A DNA stretch of 64,000 bases, taken from the human T2T-CHM13v2.0 reference genome, Homo sapiens. Location: NCBI RefSeq assembly GCF_009914755.1, contig NC_060944.1. One strand, 5' to 3'. A program made the position numbers and the translations under genes. Below the pieces are notes generated by a model. It saw only the letters and a list, made by a program, of their open reading frames with translations, searched no databases and had not been told where the DNA came from. Of the stretch, positions 60,121 to 64,000 are shown one piece after another (the stretch's first letter is position 1; each line of letters opens with the position of its first letter).

Positions 60121-61790
60121 GACGATGCATTTGTTAACTATACTGTTTTTTTGTTGCTTACAAGCTGCTCATCTTTCCAAGGTAAGCTGTAACTTAGCTA
60201 CCACACCCAAAGAGAAGCCAGAAGAGATACCTCCTTATGCCCATGGTGTCGGCAGCTAAAGGCTTTCAGAAGAATAGCAAGACTGGGATGGAGATTAATT
60301 CTCTATTCCTTAACTGTGACAAACACAATTAATGACATTCCACTCCAAATATATGAGATCAAAAGATTCACATGCTGACTTATGAATTCTCCCACCCAAA
60401 AAACTGCTGTAACTTGCCTCTGTTCAACTCAAACCTTCTGAGGTTCCATAAATGTACTAAATGACCAGAAAACAACAAAGTAATTCAAGTACCAAAAGTC
60501 TTTAAAATTATTTCTATTTCTTTGATTTTGTAAAACCTGGGTGACATTAATCTATCTTCACTTAATATCAGTTAAAACTGTAAACGCACACACACACAAA
60601 CACATCAAACATGCAAAAACCAGATGTTTTCTTGTAATTTTTCTTCTTCCCAAAGAAATAAGGTCATCTATGTTGTAGGATTGGTGACTCTGTGACTACT
60701 ATGCCTGCCTTGACAGCAATGAAAGACACTAGGAAAACCGTAGAGAAAGGTGTAGGTGTGAATATGGCCAAAATAGTAGAAACAGCAGCATGAACCCAAC
60801 AGAAATGCTGTCCCCAGAAATTTATTACTTTTAATATACTAAACTTTTAAATTCTCAGCCTCTCCTCTGACAGGAAACAGTATCTTTCTCTACATAACCT
60901 TTACAGCCACTTTACTCTTCTGGTTAACATTTTATACGTGTAAGACAGCCTTCGTCTGTGGATCTCAAAGCCCTTTTCCTATGCTTAAAAGTGATCTCTC
61001 TGTTGGGCTTTTCCCAGCTTTGGTTCATCACTTATAAAACCTGTCTAACTGTGCTTGCAGACTGAAGGGAAGATGAAGTGAGATGATCTTCCAGAAAGGG
61101 CTTAGAAACATGAAATGCATGTAAATTTGTATTAAGTAATTACTATCCCCTAGCTCCTTAGTGAAAGCTAATAAGCAGAAACCTATCTTTACAGGCTGGA
61201 ACCTTCATTCTTTAAAATACAAAAATTATAGTAGCCGTGGTTAATTCCCGGCCACTGAGGGCTAACTCCCAAGTATACATGACATTACAAAATGAGTCCT
61301 CATTTCTCCCTGGAAACCATCTGACATATGGAGAATAGCCAACTCCTATTACTAGTCATGTACATTCTCATCACCCAGTCTTCTTCTGCTGTTTCAAGGC
61401 CCTGGCATCCTCTGTGAGGAGTGGGAAAAGACTAATAACTAATGAAACTCTTGAGATTCTCCAGTACTTGTCTGAATGACCCTTGAAGCTTTGGGGCTCA
61501 TCAACTGGGACCTAATTTATGAACTAGCAGATCTGATTCTCCACTGGGAAGACAACAAGCTAACTATTTTTGCAGTACCCCCAAAGAGGTGCTTCACCTT
61601 ACTGTCACGCATACCAAATAATCTGCTTATAGTAAGAAAGGTATTCACATGAATTTCAAATGGCTGGCCTTCATTAATTATACGGGAAAATAAAACAGAG
61701 GATTCTTCAACTGTGACTCTGTAATCTCAGATAGATAAAAGGGTACTAAGAGATTGGGGGTTAAGGGATGGTGATAAAAAGGGGATGTGA

Positions 61791-63130
61791 AGCCCAGTGT
61801 GGTGGCTCATACCTATAATCCCAGCACTCTGGCAGGATCACTTGAGCCCAGGAGTTTGAGACCACCCTGGGCAACACAGCGAGACCTCCTCTCTACAAAT
61901 AACATAAAAATGAGCTGGGTGTAGTGGAGTACAACTGTGGTCCCAGGTACTTGGTAGGCTGAGATGGAAGGATCACTTGAGCCTGGGAGGTCAAGGTTGC
62001 AGTGAGCCATGATCTCACCACTGCACTCCAACCTGGGTGACAGAGCAAGACCCTGTCTCAAAAACAAACAAACAAACAAACAAAAAACAAAAACAAGAGG
62101 GGATGTGAAAAGACAGAAAAGGGAGGTCAAAGACCAAATATTATCATTATTATTTTTTTGAGACAGGAGACAGGGTCTTGCGCTGTCACCCAGGCTGGAG
62201 TGCAGTGGTGCAATCTCGCTCGGCTCACTGAAACCTCCACCTCATCTCCTGGGCTTGAGCAATCCTCCCACCTCAGCCTCCTGAGTAGTTGGGACTATAG
62301 CTATGCGCCATCAGGCCCAGCTAATATTTGTATTTTTTGTAGAGACAAGGTTTTGTCATGATGCCCAGGCTGGTCTCAAACTCCTGGACTCAAGTGATCC
62401 ACCAGCCTCAGCCTCCCGAAGTGCTGAGATTACAGGTGTGAGCCACCATGCCCAACCAAGATAAACATTATCTTATTTAGAAATAGTATTTCACTTATAC
62501 CTCTGCAAATGCATATGTATATCACATGTAAGCTAACAGGAAGAAAACACACAGCCTACATTTCTCAATTTTTGGTTTGATTCTTCCCTACATTCCTGAT
62601 TTTGTCCATCCCTTAAATAGATAACCATCTACTATGAAAAAGTACTATCCTAGGCCTTAGGAATATAAGTGAGCAAGGCAGAACAGGGGTGAGACAAGTA
62701 TGCCATTGAAGATTTTACCTATGGACTAAGGGTAACAGAAATTCATTGAAAAGTTTTAAGCAGAAAAGTGACCCATACATATTGTTTTTAAAATTTTTAC
62801 TCTGGCTGAGAGTGGCACAGGACTTAGGGAGAAGGCTGTTAACAGTAGCACACGTGAGAGAAATGATGACCTAAGGTGGTGGCATGTGGAGATCAGTGGA
62901 CTAATATGAGGAACAAAATTTATGGTGTAAAATCAATAGCTCTGAGTGAACTGGAAAATGCTGTATGAAGTGGGAGGTGACTCTTGGATTTCTTGCTTGA
63001 CAGACTGTTGGTGCCATTCATGGAGATAAGAGTGCACAAGATAGGTTTTGGACTTAAGGTTAAAATGGCTTTGAATCATTCAAACGAAGATTCTGAATAG
63101 GCAGTTAGATATTACAAGTCTGGAACTAAG
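61791..63130. mobile_element. Tail-to-tail AluJs (61791-62096 +, 62150-62457 -) followed by an L2-like remnant
   Basis: Alu motifs; L2-like gttttaagcag...gtgccattca...ggcagttagat. Confidence 0.7.
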
Positions 63131-64000
63131 AGTTTCTCAGCTTTAAGTATCTAACTCTTCCAACAACTCTACGAGGCAAGCATTAGTTTCTCTAATCTAC
63201 AAATAAGAACAGCCTAAGTTCAGTAGCTTGACCAAGAATATCCAATACAGTTACAGCTGGGATTCAAAGACAGTGAGTTGGCCTCCAAGGTTCAAGTCTT
63301 CTCACTCCTACAGAACACAATCACTTTCTACTGCACATTCACACACACACACACCAGTCTTCAAATCTTAATTTCTCAATTGGACCCTAAGTTCTACAAA
63401 GTTAAGAACCATGTTTAATTTACCTTTTTAATTTATAGTACCTAGCCTAAGGCTTGCATTTTGTAGCATGTTCAGTAAACACTATTTGGTGATCAAATTA
63501 ATCTTGGTTTATTTTTTAAAAATGAAATGAAAATGAAGTTGCATCCAAAGTATAGGGTGTTCCTAAATACTTCAGGTCATCTGGTACGCAACTAGGAGAA
63601 CTGGAAAACCAAGTCAAAGGTTCTTGAGTAATTGTTCCCTTCCCTCTCTCTCTTTCCCAATACTACAGCTTCTATTAAATCACAGGACTACAACTAGGAT
63701 TTGTCTTTTTCCCCTCGATAATTCAAATTAAGAGAATACTGAAGAAACTTGATTTTACCAATTTTTATAGCAGCTTATTTGGAAGATGGAAAAAGTGCCT
63801 GAGTCCTAGATATTTGGAAGATCAATTCTCCTCTCCACTGTTCATAATACTAGTATATCTTAAGGCAATCTAACAAAATGCACTGCCTTTCTTATTAAGT
63901 TCCATTTTAAATTGTCTTACTTAGTGCTTACTGTTCTCATGTAATTGCATAAAAGGAGGTGTAACTTTAGTGGCTAACCATTTCAGACCACTACATCTAC

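Overview
Primate (human-like) genomic DNA, very Alu-rich, recognisable as the TBC1D20-CSNK2A1 locus. Both genes are on the minus strand. The window holds all 12 coding exons of CSNK2A1 (CK2-alpha; 1176 nt = 391 aa plus stop, all GT-AG junctions) and its 3' UTR. It also holds the CpG-island promoter, coding exon 1 and part of intron 1 of TBC1D20. Between the genes lies a 5.04-kb, internally deleted HERV-K(HML-5)/LTR22-like provirus with a Met-tRNA-like primer site and a 6-bp target-site duplication (TSD); it sits inside an AluJ, which sits inside an old L1. Main observations: (1) a CpG-rich 49-nt frameshifting (poison) cassette exon candidate in a repeat-free CSNK2A1 intron, next to a box C/D-like motif; (2) an antisense-Alu terminal exon giving a 385-aa CK2-alpha'' with a 32-aa Alu-encoded tail; (3) the sense-oriented 5' LTR retaining AATAAA, a possible distal terminator between the genes; (4) an overlapping uORF and a CLEAR-like E-box at TBC1D20; (5) several small rearrangement scars. 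Most ORFs in the supplied track are Alu/L1 artefacts. Repeat coordinates and subfamily names were assigned by eye and are approximate.
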